Positions 50,582-61,994 of a stretch of 64,000 nucleotides of DNA are shown here, piece by piece. The notes beneath the pieces were generated by a model, which was not told the origin of the DNA, did not search any database, and saw nothing but the letters and a program-made list of their open reading frames with translations. The position numbers and the translations under genes were made by a program. Numbering within the stretch: position 1 is the first letter of the stretch; the number at the start of each line of letters is the position of its first letter. Source of the DNA: Desulfuromonadales bacterium (GTDB lineage Bacteria; Desulfobacterota; Desulfuromonadia; Desulfuromonadales; JACZKF01); NCBI GenBank assembly GCA_041677125.1, contig JBAYQP010000005.1:23007-87006 (forward strand), given 5' to 3'.

Positions 50582-51469
50582 CTACAAAATGGCGTCGCGG
50601 CTCTTTTTCGAGCGCAGGAAAAACTCGAACAGACGCTCGCCATCGCCTCGCCGGACGTCTTCTTTCAGTTCAGCGAAGAAAACTTCGAAGCGTTCCATCA
50701 TCTCCAGCAGAGCTTCGCGATTGCTGGCGGCGATGTCTCGCCACATGGTGGGATCGGAAGAAGCGATACGGGTGAAATCGCGAAAACCCCCGGCCGAATA
50801 TTCGAGAATATTCTCCTCGTAGCGGTCATAGGAGCCGACGGCATTGACCAGTGAATAGGCGACCATATGCGGCAGATGGCTGATCGCCGCCAGAATACGG
50901 TCGTGTTTCTCCACTGCCATGACCACCACCTCGCTGCCGGCCGTCCGCCACATCCGCCGCACCAAATCCAAGGCTTGCGCATCGGTGCGCGCGGTGGGGG
51001 TGAGAATGCATCGTCGATCCCGATACAAGGTGGGGAAAGCGGCCTCGGCGCCGCTTTTTTCCGTTCCGGCGATCGGATGCCCGGGGACAAAATGAATGCC
51101 GGGAGACAACAGCGGCTCAATGCCGCGCACCACGTCCCCTTTGACGCTGCCGCCATCGGTCAATATCGCCCCGGGTTTCAAATGCGGCATGATGGCGGCG
51201 GCGATAGCTCCCAGAGTGCGAACCGGCGTGGCGAGAAAAACGACGTCGGCGCCCTGGCAACCTGCCACCGGATCGGTGGCGATGCGATCGACCACCCCGA
51301 GCGCCAAGGCCTTTTCCAGATTGTCCCGTCCCCGGCCGATGCCGACGACCTCGCCCACCACCCCGGCGGCTTTCAGAGCCAGCGCCAGAGAGCCGCCGAT
51401 GAGGCCGACGCCAACCACTGCCAGGCGCGGGATATAAAGCTCGGCCGAATGCATCTTATCTGCGCCCAT
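50582..51469 (-). CDS. tyrA: Prephenate dehydrogenase
   Basis: Rossmann motif 'LAVVGVGLIGGSLALALK', 'HFVPGHPIAGTEKSG' and 'SHLPHMVAY'. The start is ATG51469 or ATG51454. The track start at 51553 would overlap pheA. Confidence 0.85.
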   Translation of the reverse strand: MGADKMHSAELYIPRLAVVGVGLIGGSLALALKAAGVVGEVVGIGRGRDNLEKALALGVVDRIATDPVAGCQGADVVFLATPVRTLGAIAAAIMPHLKPGAILTDGGSVKGDVVRGIEPLLSPGIHFVPGHPIAGTEKSGAEAAFPTLYRDRRCILTPTARTDAQALDLVRRMWRTAGSEVVVMAVEKHDRILAAISHLPHMVAYSLVNAVGSYDRYEENILEYSAGGFRDFTRIASSDPTMWRDIAASNREALLEMMERFEVFFAELKEDVRRGDGERLFEFFLRSKKSRDAIL

Positions 51470-51504
51470 TACGTCGATTTTGCCGGGGGGAAGCGTAGCA
51501 CTCT

Positions 51505-52590
51505 TCAAATTCTGGCTTTCGGATATGAACCCAGCACCTTGAGGAACTGGCAATAGGTTTTCAACTCGTCGATGGCTTCGCGGACATTGGTTTCTTCGAC
51601 ATGCCCTTCCATGTCAAGGAAAAAGATGTATTCCCAGACTTTCGTCTTCATCGGCCGGCTTTCGATTTTGGATAGATTGACACCGCGCTGGCTGAACGGT
51701 TCCAGCATCCGGTAAAGAATGCCCGGTTCGTCGCGGACGCTGAACATCACCGAGGTCTTGTCACGCCCGCTGCGTGCCGGAGAACGGCTGCCGATAACCA
51801 GAAAGCGGGTGAAGTTGCTGGTGTTGTCCTCGATTTTCTCCTTGACCGTCCGCAGCCCATAAAGGGAGGCCGCCATCTCGCTGGCAATGGCGGCGGCGGT
51901 CTCGTCCTCGGCGGCCATCTGCGCCGCCAGGGCGGTGCTGCCGACATCGATCAAGGGAATGTCGGGAACGTTTTCCTCCAGCCACTTGCGACACTGGGCC
52001 AGCGGCTGGGGATGGGAGAGGATTTTCTTCACTTCCGTCAGCTGCCCGCTGCGGGAAAGGAGAAAATGAGAGATTTGCAGCAGAACCTCGGCACTGATCT
52101 GGAGTTCGGATTCCATGAACATGTCGAGCGTATGCGAAACGACGCCCTCGGTGGAATTCTCCACCGGAACGACCCCGTAATGGACGCGCCCGCGCCTGAC
52201 CTCGTCGAAAATCGCGGGAATGCTCTTCTGCGGCACCAGTTGGGCGGAGAAGCCGAACTGTTGCATGGCGGCAACGTGGGTGAAGGTCCCCTGCGGTCCG
52301 AGGAAAGCCACCTTCATCGGCTGTTCCAGGGCCAGGGAAGCGGAGATAATCTCGCGGAAAACCCGGCGGATGGCCTCGGTGGGAAACGGTCCGGGATTGC
52401 TGGCCGTCAATCGTTCGTAAATCGCCTGCTCCCGGCTGGGAACATAGAAGTCCTGGTTGTGTCCGGACTTGGCCCGTCCAACCTCGATAACCACCTGCGC
52501 CCGCTGGTTCAGCAGGTCGAGAATCTGGTCGTCCAGACTGTCGATCCGCTGCCGCAGTTCGCCAAGATCTTTTTTACGCATCCGGCTCAT
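51505..52590 (-). CDS. pheA: Bifunctional chorismate mutase / prephenate dehydratase (P-protein)
   Basis: CM domain 'LGELRQRIDSLDDQILDLLNQRAQ'. PDT domain 'VAFLGPQGTFTH' and 'VPVENSTEGVV'. ACT domain 'SRPMKTKVWEYIFFLD'. Confidence 0.9.
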   Translation of the reverse strand: MSRMRKKDLGELRQRIDSLDDQILDLLNQRAQVVIEVGRAKSGHNQDFYVPSREQAIYERLTASNPGPFPTEAIRRVFREIISASLALEQPMKVAFLGPQGTFTHVAAMQQFGFSAQLVPQKSIPAIFDEVRRGRVHYGVVPVENSTEGVVSHTLDMFMESELQISAEVLLQISHFLLSRSGQLTEVKKILSHPQPLAQCRKWLEENVPDIPLIDVGSTALAAQMAAEDETAAAIASEMAASLYGLRTVKEKIEDNTSNFTRFLVIGSRSPARSGRDKTSVMFSVRDEPGILYRMLEPFSQRGVNLSKIESRPMKTKVWEYIFFLDMEGHVEETNVREAIDELKTYCQFLKVLGSYPKARI

Positions 52591-52748
52591 CCTTTGCCCG
52601 TTGGGAGCCGGAAATGTAGCCCATCCGGGGGTAAAAAGCAAGACGACCCAAATGATCTATTGCACAGCCGGGCGGGGCAAAATCCAAATTGCCTTTCCAC
52701 CATTTCCTCGTTAAACTGCACGCCATTAATCTGCAAAGGAGTTCGGAA

Positions 52749-53945
52749 ATGGCGATAGCGGAAAAGGTTAAAAGCAGCATTCAGGGTTCCTCGTGGATCC
52801 GCAAGATGTTCGAAGAGGGGGCCAAACTGCGGCAGTTGCATGGCGCGGAGAACGTCTTCGACTTCACCCTCGGCAACCCCTCGGTGGAGCCGCCGGAAGC
52901 TTTTCGGCGGGAGTTGCGTCGCCTGGCCGATGCGCCGGTTGCCGGCATGCACCGGTACATGAGCAACGCCGGCTACGAAGAGACGCGGGCGGCGATCGCG
53001 GCAATCATCGCCGAGCGCTCCGGTCGACCGGTTGCGGCCAGGCATGTCCTGATGACCTGCGGCGCCGGCGGAGCGATCAACGTTGCCCTGAAGACGATCC
53101 TCAACCCCGGGGATGAGGTGATCATCCTCGCCCCCTATTTCGTCGAATACAAGTTTTACATCGACAACCATGGCGGGGTCAGCCGCGAGGTGTGGACCGA
53201 CCGGGAAACCTTTCAAATCGATGTTCCCGCCATCGAGCAGGCGATCGGTCCGCAAACCCGGGCGCTTATCGTCAACTCACCGAACAATCCGACGGGAGTC
53301 ATCTATCCGGAGGAAGCCCTGCGCTCCCTCGGGGAAATGCTGGAGCGCAAAGAGCGTGAACTGGGACGGCGGATCTATGTCATTTCCGACGAACCGTACG
53401 CCCGCCTGGCCTTTGACGGGCAGAGGGCGCCGGCCATTTTTGCCTCGGTCCGCAACGCGATTATCGCCACGTCCCATTCGAAGGATCTGGCATTGCCCGG
53501 CGAACGCATCGGTTATCTGGCGGCAAATCCTGCGATGGAGGACGTAGATCTATTCATGGAAGGGGCGGTTTTCTGTAACCGGGTGCTCGGTTTCGTCAAC
53601 GCTCCGGCGCTGATGCAGCGTCTGATAACCGGTTTGCAGCGGGAGAGTGTGGATATCGGCGAATACCAGGAAAAGCGGGATCTCCTGTACGATCATCTCG
53701 GCAAACTTGGTTTTCGCATGGTGAAGCCGGGAGGCGGCTTCTATCTCTTCCCGCAGTCGCCGCTGGCGGACGATATCGCCTTTGTCCGGCAGGCGCAGCA
53801 ACACAATATTCTCCTCGTCCCCGGGGCCGGTTTCGGCGCCCCCGGTTTTTTCCGCATCGCCTACTGCATCGACATGGCGACAATCCGCCGCAGCTTGCCG
53901 GCCTGGGAGCGGCTGGCGCAGGCCGTCAAGCTCCCGCCGGCATAG
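52749..53945 (+). CDS. Class I/II pyridoxal-phosphate-dependent aminotransferase (aspartate/aromatic type)
   Basis: ATG52749 follows AAAGGAG. 'FDFTLGNPSVEPP', 'YMSNAGYEETR', 'NSPNNPTGVIY' and 'ATSHSKDLALPGERIGY' (PLP lysine). Confidence 0.85.
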   Translation: MAIAEKVKSSIQGSSWIRKMFEEGAKLRQLHGAENVFDFTLGNPSVEPPEAFRRELRRLADAPVAGMHRYMSNAGYEETRAAIAAIIAERSGRPVAARHVLMTCGAGGAINVALKTILNPGDEVIILAPYFVEYKFYIDNHGGVSREVWTDRETFQIDVPAIEQAIGPQTRALIVNSPNNPTGVIYPEEALRSLGEMLERKERELGRRIYVISDEPYARLAFDGQRAPAIFASVRNAIIATSHSKDLALPGERIGYLAANPAMEDVDLFMEGAVFCNRVLGFVNAPALMQRLITGLQRESVDIGEYQEKRDLLYDHLGKLGFRMVKPGGGFYLFPQSPLADDIAFVRQAQQHNILLVPGAGFGAPGFFRIAYCIDMATIRRSLPAWERLAQAVKLPPA

Positions 53946-55710
53946 CCCCGGAAGACGCAAAAGGTGGCGCGGGCGCGCCGATGTCCACGGCATCGGCGCT
54001 GCGCCGCCAGTCCCGGATGCGCAACTGTACCGAGGATCTGTCGCGCCACTCGTTGATCCCAGGGGTAAAAAGAAGATCGATATCCCCCTGCAGTTCCGTC
54101 ATCCGCTCCGCCATGCCGAAGGCGATGCACGGAAAGCTGTAACCGTCCTGCCGGGCAACAAAGCGAAGGTGGTTCTGCCCGACCGTTTTGATTTGGCTGA
54201 TCTTCACCCCGAGGGCGACATAAGCCGGCTCCGGATTCCCGGCGCCGAAAGGCGCCAGCACAACAAGTTCCCGCACCTTCGCTTCGGTGATCTCCTCGAA
54301 CAGGATTTCGCCGTCGTGCAGAATGCGCGGCAACAGATCCTCTTCGGTCAGAACTTCCCGGGCCACTTGTTCAAAGGCGGTGGCGAAAGCCGACACATTC
54401 TCTTCATCGATGGTCAGCCCGGCGGCGCAGGCGTGGCCGCCAAAGCCTTTCAGATGCGCGGCGCAGCTCTGAAGCGCCCGATAAAGGTGAAATCCGGCGA
54501 TGGCCCGCGCCGAACCCTTGCCCAACCCGTCCGCCAGGGCAATCAGCACCGCCGGTCGATGGTAGCGCTCCACCAGTCGGCTGGCAACGATCCCGATCAC
54601 CCCGGAATGCCAGCGGGAATCGGCCAGAACGATGGTTCGCGCCCCCCCTTCCCCGGCCTCCAGGCGCTCTATCGCCTGACTCAATGTCTCCTTTTCAATC
54701 CGCTGCCGCTCCTGGTTGAAACCGTCGAGCTGTTCGGCGATCGCTTTTGCCCTCTCCTGTTCCCGGGTCAACAGAAGGTCGACGCCAAGAGCGGCATCCT
54801 CCAGCCTGCCGACGGCGTTCAAACGCGGTGCGAGACGGAAACCGACAACTCCGCAAGTGACCTCCCGCACTGCGGCAACCTCTTTCAATGCCGCAATTCC
54901 CGGACGCTCGCCGCCGGCGAGCACCGCCAGTCCGGCGCGGGTCAGCAGCCGGTTCACCCCTTTCAAAGGGACCACATCGGCGATGGTGCCCAAGGCGACC
55001 AGATCGAGCCAGCGACGCAGGTCGGGCTCGGGGCGGCAGGTGAACGCGCCGCTCTCCCGCAGCGTTTTGCGCAAGGCGACAAGAAGGAAGAAAGCCACCC
55101 CGACTCCCGCCAGTTCGGCAAAGGGGAAAGCACTTCCGGGCAGGGCCGGATGCACGATGGCGGTGGCCGGAGGCAGGTGGGCGGGGGGTTGATGATGGTC
55201 GGTGATAATCAAATCGATGCCGAGCTCGGTGGCGAGTTGCGCTTCGGCGGCGGCGGAAACCCCGCAATCGACGGAGACGACGACCCGGGCGCCAGCGGCG
55301 GCCGCCGAACGCAACGCCACGGCGGACAAACCGTAGCCATCCCGCAGGCGCAGAGGAATATGATAATCGACCCGGGCGCCGAAGGCGCGCAGAACCTCCG
55401 TCAGCAGGGTGGCGCCGGTGATGCCGTCCACGTCGTAATCGCCATGCACCGAAATCGCCTCACCCTGGGCAATTGCGCTCGCCAGGCGCACCGTTGCCGC
55501 CTCAATCCCCGGCATGAGAAACGGATCGGGGAGCGCCGCCAAGCGACCAGAGATAAATTCGCGCCCCTCCTCCACCGAGGAAATGCCCCGCAACAGCAAA
55601 GCACGGCCGGCCAGGTTGGATAAACCGAGATCGGCGCAGAGGCGGGATAAATGGTCAAGGCTCCCCTCTTCACCCCGCAACAGCCACCGCCGGCGGCATA
55701 CAGATATCAT
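53926..55710 (-). CDS. recJ: Single-stranded-DNA-specific exonuclease RecJ
   Basis: DHH motifs 'ISVHGDYDVDGITG', 'LIITDHH' and 'GGHACAAG' (DHHA1). Confidence 0.9.
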   Translation of the reverse strand: MISVCRRRWLLRGEEGSLDHLSRLCADLGLSNLAGRALLLRGISSVEEGREFISGRLAALPDPFLMPGIEAATVRLASAIAQGEAISVHGDYDVDGITGATLLTEVLRAFGARVDYHIPLRLRDGYGLSAVALRSAAAAGARVVVSVDCGVSAAAEAQLATELGIDLIITDHHQPPAHLPPATAIVHPALPGSAFPFAELAGVGVAFFLLVALRKTLRESGAFTCRPEPDLRRWLDLVALGTIADVVPLKGVNRLLTRAGLAVLAGGERPGIAALKEVAAVREVTCGVVGFRLAPRLNAVGRLEDAALGVDLLLTREQERAKAIAEQLDGFNQERQRIEKETLSQAIERLEAGEGGARTIVLADSRWHSGVIGIVASRLVERYHRPAVLIALADGLGKGSARAIAGFHLYRALQSCAAHLKGFGGHACAAGLTIDEENVSAFATAFEQVAREVLTEEDLLPRILHDGEILFEEITEAKVRELVVLAPFGAGNPEPAYVALGVKISQIKTVGQNHLRFVARQDGYSFPCIAFGMAERMTELQGDIDLLFTPGINEWRDRSSVQLRIRDWRRSADAVDIGAPAPPFASSGAMPAGA

Positions 55711-55832
55711 TTTACCCCCTGCGCTGTTCCCCCGCCCTGCACCAAATTGGTAAGGAGGGAACGGGTCTGAAACCTACAAGTGAAGTAGAGCGACACGACA
55801 ACGATTGGATGAGCGGCGCATTTCATGCGCAT

Positions 55833-55865
55833 AAAAAAACCCCGAACCACAAGGGCGGTCCGGGG
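55833..55865 (-). terminator. Rho-independent terminator ending the yajC-secDF-TPR unit
   Basis: Minus strand: CCCCGGACC-gcccttgt-GGTTCGGGG followed by TTTTTTT, starting 10 nt after the TPR-gene stop. Confidence 0.75.
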
Positions 55866-55875
55866 CTGATGGCCT

Positions 55876-56472
55876 TTATTTGCCTGTGGGGCCAGAAGCC
55901 CCCGGGCCGCCGGGAACTTGTGGATGGGTGCGAAGAAATTCCATCTCGCCGCGGATCTGTTCCGCGCCGGGGCCGCTCGGATTCAGTTGCAGAAAGCGCT
56001 CCCACGCCTCGATGGCGCGGGGATAATCGTTCAGATCATAGCGATATACCACGCCGAGATTGAACAGGCTCTGCATGTGCGAGGGATTGATACGATTGGC
56101 CTTTTCGAAGTTATCCACCGCCCGGTCGAACCAGCCGAGTTGACGGTACATAACGCCCTGATCGGTGAGAACGTCGGGATCGTTGGGATCAAGCGCCAGC
56201 GCCTTATCATAAGCTTCCACAGCTTTGGCCGCTTGTTGCGAATCGAAATAGGTGTGCCCCAACTGCACCCAGGCGCTTCTGTTTGCGGGGTCCTTGGCCA
56301 CCAGGCCCTCAAGAAGGCGGATTTTCTCCTGGTAATTGACGGCCGGCGCTTGGGCGGGCGCCTGGGCAGTTAGCGCCCCGCCCTTGCCCCGACCACCTTT
56401 ACTGATCAGAATGCCGAGCAAAAGCCCAATGACCAAGGCGACGGCAATCAGGAGCACCGATTCTTTTTTCAT
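55876..56472 (-). CDS. Membrane-anchored TPR-repeat protein
   Basis: N-terminal TM segment 'VLLIAVALVIGLLLGILI'. TPR units include 'AWVQLGHTYFDSQQAAKAVEAYDKALALDPNDP'. The ATG overlaps the secF stop (ATGA). Confidence 0.75.
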   Translation of the reverse strand: MKKESVLLIAVALVIGLLLGILISKGGRGKGGALTAQAPAQAPAVNYQEKIRLLEGLVAKDPANRSAWVQLGHTYFDSQQAAKAVEAYDKALALDPNDPDVLTDQGVMYRQLGWFDRAVDNFEKANRINPSHMQSLFNLGVVYRYDLNDYPRAIEAWERFLQLNPSGPGAEQIRGEMEFLRTHPQVPGGPGASGPTGK

Positions 56473-57398
56473 GAGGTAACTCCTTTTGTCGGAACAGTTT
56501 CCTTCTTGCTTTTATGCGTCTCCCAGAAGAGCAGCACCGGACTGGCGATGAAAATCGAGCTGTAGGTGCCGACGACAATGCCGACCAGCAGGGCGAAAGC
56601 GAAATTGTGGATGACCCCGCCGCCGAAAATGAACAGGGCGAATACGACCAGCAATGTCGTTCCCGAAGTAAGAATGGTGCGGGAAAGGGTTTCATTGATA
56701 CTGCGATTGACTATGGCGGAGAAACTGTGCTGGGACATCTTCCCCAAATTCTCGCGAATCCGGTCATAAATGATGATGGTGTCGTTCAGAGAATATCCGA
56801 TGATCGCCAGAAATGCGGCAATAATCGGCAGATCGATTTCCCTGTTGGTTAGCGCAAAAGCGCCGAGCGTAATCAGCACGTCGTGCAGGATGGCGATGAT
56901 CGAACCGACGGCGAAGCGAAATTCGAAGCGCCAGGTAACGTAGATCAGAATGCCGATCATGGCATAAATTACGGCAAGCAGGCCCTTCTGCCGCAAATCT
57001 TTGCCGGCCTGCGGTCCGACCATTTCGCTACGGCGGATCTCGACTTTTCCTTCCCCGTAGGCTGTTTCCAGAGCCGCTTGAACCTTCTGCGACATCCCCT
57101 GGAGGCCCAAACTCGCCTCTTGGGCGCGAAGCAGAAACTCCCGCGGCGCATCGCCGAACTGCTGTACGACGATATTGGCCAACGCCAGCGGCTCCAGCGC
57201 GTCTTTGATTTCAGCGGCAGTGGTCGCTTCGGTAAACTGGATCTGAATCAGTGTCCCGCCGGCGAAGTCGATGCCGTAATTGGGTCCACGGACGAGCAGG
57301 AAGGCCATGCCGACAACGATCAGCACCAGGGAGAGGAGCAGTGTAATCTTGCGCTTGCCGACGAAATCGAGATTTATATCTGGTCTGATGAATTGCAT
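56469..57398 (-). CDS. secF: Protein translocase subunit SecF
   Basis: 'IDFAGGTLIQIQF', 'LAIIGYSLNDTIIIYDRIREN' and six TM segments. Confidence 0.9.
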   Translation of the reverse strand: MQFIRPDINLDFVGKRKITLLLSLVLIVVGMAFLLVRGPNYGIDFAGGTLIQIQFTEATTAAEIKDALEPLALANIVVQQFGDAPREFLLRAQEASLGLQGMSQKVQAALETAYGEGKVEIRRSEMVGPQAGKDLRQKGLLAVIYAMIGILIYVTWRFEFRFAVGSIIAILHDVLITLGAFALTNREIDLPIIAAFLAIIGYSLNDTIIIYDRIRENLGKMSQHSFSAIVNRSINETLSRTILTSGTTLLVVFALFIFGGGVIHNFAFALLVGIVVGTYSSIFIASPVLLFWETHKSKKETVPTKGVTS

Positions 57399-57408
57399 TC
57401 GCGTCTCC

Positions 57409-59004
57409 TCATATACTCAGTCGTTTTACGGGACGACGGTCCAGGAAGAAGTCGAAGATCGTCCTGGAGACGAAAATGGCGGTGAACAGCGAGGCGATGA
57501 TCCCTACCGACAGGGTGACCGCAAAACCTTTCACCGGCCCGGTGCCAAACTGGAAAAGGACCAGGGCGGCGATGAGGGTGGTGACATTGGCGTCGACAAT
57601 GGTGAGAAAAGCCTTGCTGAAACCGGCGTCGAGAGCCGCCCGGGCAGTTTTGCCAAGGTGGAGTTCCTCCCGAATCCGTTCAAAAATAAGAACGTTGGCA
57701 TCCACGGCCATGCCGAGAGTCAGGACGATGCCGCCGATGCCGGGCAGGGTCAGACTCGCCTTGAACAGCGACAGCAAGGCGAGGATAAAAATCAGGTTGA
57801 GCACCAGGGCGACATTGGCCACCAGTCCGGAAAGCCGATAGTAAATCCCCATGGCCAGAACCACGAGAAGGCCGCCGATCATGACCGACAGGATGCCCTG
57901 CTGAATGGAATCGCGCCCGAGGGAAGGTCCTACGGTGCGGTCTTCGAGAATGTTGACCGGCGCCGGCAGGGAACCGGCGCGCAGAACGATGGCCAGATCG
58001 GTCGCTTCCTGCTCGGTGAAGGAGCCAGAAATCTGTGCGCTGCCGCCGGAGATGCGCTCGCGTATGACCGGCGCCGAGTAGACGGTGTCATCCAGAACAA
58101 TGGCCATGCGCTTGCCGACGTTGGCGGCGGTGATCTGGTCAAAGCGCTTCGCGCCGATGGCGTTGAAATCGATCGCCACATAAGGCTCGTTGAACCGGGT
58201 GTCGATCCGCACCTGCGCATCGGCCAGTTGATCGCCGGTAAGGATGGTTTTTTCCTGAACGACAATCGGGTTTTCGCTAATGGCGCCGGTGCGCGGGTCG
58301 ATCCGACGCTCGTACAGAACCTGGGTATCGACCGGTTGGGTTCCCCGCAAAGCCTCCTGGGGATCCACATCCGCCACCATCTTGAACTCCAGCCGGGCGG
58401 TTTTTCCCAGCAAATCTATGGCCCGCTGCGGATCCTTGATCCCGGGGAGCTGAACCAGAATCCGGTTATCGCTCTGGCGCTGCAGCGTCGGTTCGCTGAC
58501 CCCGAATTGATCGATCCGGTTGCGCATCGTCTCCAGCGCCTGGCGCACCGCATAATCCCTGGTCGCCTCGGCCTCGCTTTCGCTCAGCCGATACCGCTTG
58601 GCCAGGAAATTACCTTCCTCACTGGTTTGGGCCGCAACCAGAGAAGGAAAGTTCTCCCGCATCAACGCATCGACCCTGGTCGCGGCTTGCTGATCATAAA
58701 CGGTAATCGCCAGATCGTTGGCGCCGGAACGGCTGATCCGCTTGAAAACAATATCTTTTTCGCGCAGGAGGTTTTCCATTTGATCGACGATGGAATCAAC
58801 CCGGCTCTCCACCGCTTTTTCCACATCGACTCCGAGCACCAGGTGCATCCCACCCTGCAGGTCGAGGCCGAGATGAATGGGATCGAAAGTCTTGCTCCAC
58901 CAGGCGGGAATACTTTGCGGGAAAAAGGTGGGGGCAAGGGAAACCAGTGCGAAGGCCAGAAGAGACAGGACCAGCAGCCCTCGCCATCGGATACTTTTGG
59001 ACAT
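57409..59004 (-). CDS. secD: Protein translocase subunit SecD
   Basis: 'LGLDLQGGMHLVLGVD', 'LPGIGGIVLTLGMAVDANVLIFERIREE'. Confidence 0.9.
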   Translation of the reverse strand: MSKSIRWRGLLVLSLLAFALVSLAPTFFPQSIPAWWSKTFDPIHLGLDLQGGMHLVLGVDVEKAVESRVDSIVDQMENLLREKDIVFKRISRSGANDLAITVYDQQAATRVDALMRENFPSLVAAQTSEEGNFLAKRYRLSESEAEATRDYAVRQALETMRNRIDQFGVSEPTLQRQSDNRILVQLPGIKDPQRAIDLLGKTARLEFKMVADVDPQEALRGTQPVDTQVLYERRIDPRTGAISENPIVVQEKTILTGDQLADAQVRIDTRFNEPYVAIDFNAIGAKRFDQITAANVGKRMAIVLDDTVYSAPVIRERISGGSAQISGSFTEQEATDLAIVLRAGSLPAPVNILEDRTVGPSLGRDSIQQGILSVMIGGLLVVLAMGIYYRLSGLVANVALVLNLIFILALLSLFKASLTLPGIGGIVLTLGMAVDANVLIFERIREELHLGKTARAALDAGFSKAFLTIVDANVTTLIAALVLFQFGTGPVKGFAVTLSVGIIASLFTAIFVSRTIFDFFLDRRPVKRLSI

Positions 59005-59079
59005 AGCTGAGTGAACTCCTTTCGGGGTTAAACCCGGACGGCCTGGAAAATGCCTTCAGCCGAACCAACCAGCCAACGA

Positions 59080-59406
59080 TCAGGCTTCTTGCTTGGTGCC
59101 GACCACCGAAGAACGATTGACCTTCACCTTGACCCCCGTGGCGATTTCGATCAGGACGATCGAATCTTGCAGGGCCGCGATTTTTCCATGCAGGCCGCCG
59201 GCAGTCACCACCTGGTCGCCGATTTTAAGGCTGTCGATCAATTCGCGATGCTGTTTGGCTCTCTTCTGCTGCGGACGAATCAGCAAAAAGTAGAAGATGG
59301 CGAACATGATCACCAGCATGATGATCCCTTCGTACCCGGGACGCTCCTGTCCACCGGCGGGGCTGCCGGCCATGGCGAAAGCTTCGGAAATGCCGAATAA
59401 ATTCAT
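59080..59406 (-). CDS. yajC: Preprotein translocase subunit YajC
   Basis: 'MLVIMFAIFYFLLIRPQQKRAKQHRELIDSLKIGDQVVTAGGLHGKI'. Confidence 0.9.
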   Translation of the reverse strand: MNLFGISEAFAMAGSPAGGQERPGYEGIIMLVIMFAIFYFLLIRPQQKRAKQHRELIDSLKIGDQVVTAGGLHGKIAALQDSIVLIEIATGVKVKVNRSSVVGTKQEA

Positions 59407-59460
59407 AATGATCTCCTTGGTGAAAAAAACATTGCGAACGAAATGCGGGGGTTGTGTCCG

Positions 59461-60606
<1,146 letters not shown>

Positions 60607-60646
60607 CTATCTGCGATCCGCTGCCGAGCTTCTTTCCCATGCAGCA

Positions 60647-61678
60647 TTAGAGAACCAGCATGCAGTCGCCGTAGCTGAAAAATCGAAAATTTTCCTGAAC
60701 CGCCTGCCGATAAGCATCCAGCACGAAATCCCGCCCGGCAAACGCCGCCACCAGCATGAGCAAGGTCGAACAGGGAAGATGAAAATTGGTGATCAGGGCA
60801 TCGATCACCCGAAATTCGAAACCCGGATAGATGAAAAGATCGGTTGTGCCGCCACCGGCGACCACACGTCCATCCGCAGCAACCGCATACTCCAGGGTGC
60901 GCGCCACCGTCGTGCCGAGGGCAAAAACCCGTCGTCCCTGCTCTTTGGCCCGGTTGACGGCGGCGGCGGTCTCCAGCGGGATATCGAAGACCTCGGCATG
61001 CATTCGATGCTGCCGCACGTCATCGACCCGCACGGGCAGAAAAGTGCCCAGACCAACGTGCAATGTCAGGGGGAGGATGTTCACACCCGCCGCCCGCAAA
61101 GCGTCAAGCAAGGCTTCGGTGAAGTGAAGACCCGCCGTCGGCGCCGCCACCGCCCCCGGCTGCCGAGCGAAAACGGTCTGGTATCGCTCACGGTCGAGGG
61201 GTTCGTCCGTTCTTCGAATGTAGGGCGGCAGCGGAATATGCCCGGTGCGCTCAAGCGCCTGACGAAAATCGCCAGCGCAACGGAAGCGAACGACCCGGTA
61301 GGAAGGCTCCTCCTCTGCCAGAACTGTCCCCTCGATTTCGCCGAGAAGCAGTCGGCAACCGACCCGCGCCGGTTTGGAACAACGGGTGAGGCAGGTCCAG
61401 ACCTCTTCTTCGCCGGGATGCCGGCGGACGAGAAAAATCTCGATTTTTCCGCCCGACTCCTTCTGCCCCTGCAAACGAGCGGGAATAACCCGTGTATCGT
61501 TGATCACCAGCAAATCGCCGGACGTGAAACAACTGGCAATTTCGGGAAAATTTCGCCTCTCCACCGAACGCGACCGACGCCGCAGAACCATGAGCCGGGA
61601 GTCTTCACGAGCAGGGGCGGGGAACTGGGCTATCTGCTCCGGGGGCAGATCGAAGGAATAATTGCTCAGGCGCGTCAC
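60647..61678 (-). CDS. queA: S-adenosylmethionine:tRNA ribosyltransferase-isomerase
   Basis: 'LSNYSFDLPPEQIAQFPA', 'LPPYIRR', 'AAPTAGLHFT' and 'FRFFSYGDCMLV'. GTG61678 gives a typical 343-aa product. The track ORF adds 22 atypical residues. Confidence 0.85.
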   Translation of the reverse strand: MTRLSNYSFDLPPEQIAQFPAPAREDSRLMVLRRRSRSVERRNFPEIASCFTSGDLLVINDTRVIPARLQGQKESGGKIEIFLVRRHPGEEEVWTCLTRCSKPARVGCRLLLGEIEGTVLAEEEPSYRVVRFRCAGDFRQALERTGHIPLPPYIRRTDEPLDRERYQTVFARQPGAVAAPTAGLHFTEALLDALRAAGVNILPLTLHVGLGTFLPVRVDDVRQHRMHAEVFDIPLETAAAVNRAKEQGRRVFALGTTVARTLEYAVAADGRVVAGGGTTDLFIYPGFEFRVIDALITNFHLPCSTLLMLVAAFAGRDFVLDAYRQAVQENFRFFSYGDCMLVL

Positions 61679-61758
61679 ACCGGACGGTTCCGCCGAGCCG
61701 CGAAAAGAGCTTGCAAGTGGATCACAATTATAAGATAAAGTCAATTATCTTCGCCCCC

Positions 61759-61955
61759 TTAGCGGCGCACCAGGTAAATCGTGAGCAAGCCGCAAAGCAT
61801 GGCTGCCAACCCCGACAGGCGAAGGGTGAGATCAGGAATGACCACGATATGCCGGAGTAGATTCTTGACTTTTTTCGGGGAAGGAACCAGGGGATCCCCT
61901 CGATGACCAGAACCAAACCGAGTAGTGTCGTCAAAAGCTCCATCTGCTCCCACAT
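61759..61955 (-). pseudogene. DUF2065 (YjeT-like) small membrane protein gene interrupted by a 1-nt frameshift
   Basis: Frame A reads 'MELLTTLLGLVLVIEGIPWFL'. The -1 frame continues 'PKKVKNLLRHIVVIPDLTLRLSGLAAMLCGLLTIYLVRR*'. Together they match the YjeT pattern (EGLGPMLYPKAWKKM...LR..G....Y.LR). The break falls at the C4/A6 homopolymers, 61870-61880. Confidence 0.6.
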
Positions 61956-61994
61956 TCAGCCCCAAATGCCACTGGCAGATTTATTGCAGACCGC

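Noticed and set aside
53926-53945. 20-bp convergent overlap of the aminotransferase and recJ 3' ends as a regulatory feature
   Set aside because: Short convergent overlaps are common in compact genomes, and no additional structure was seen.
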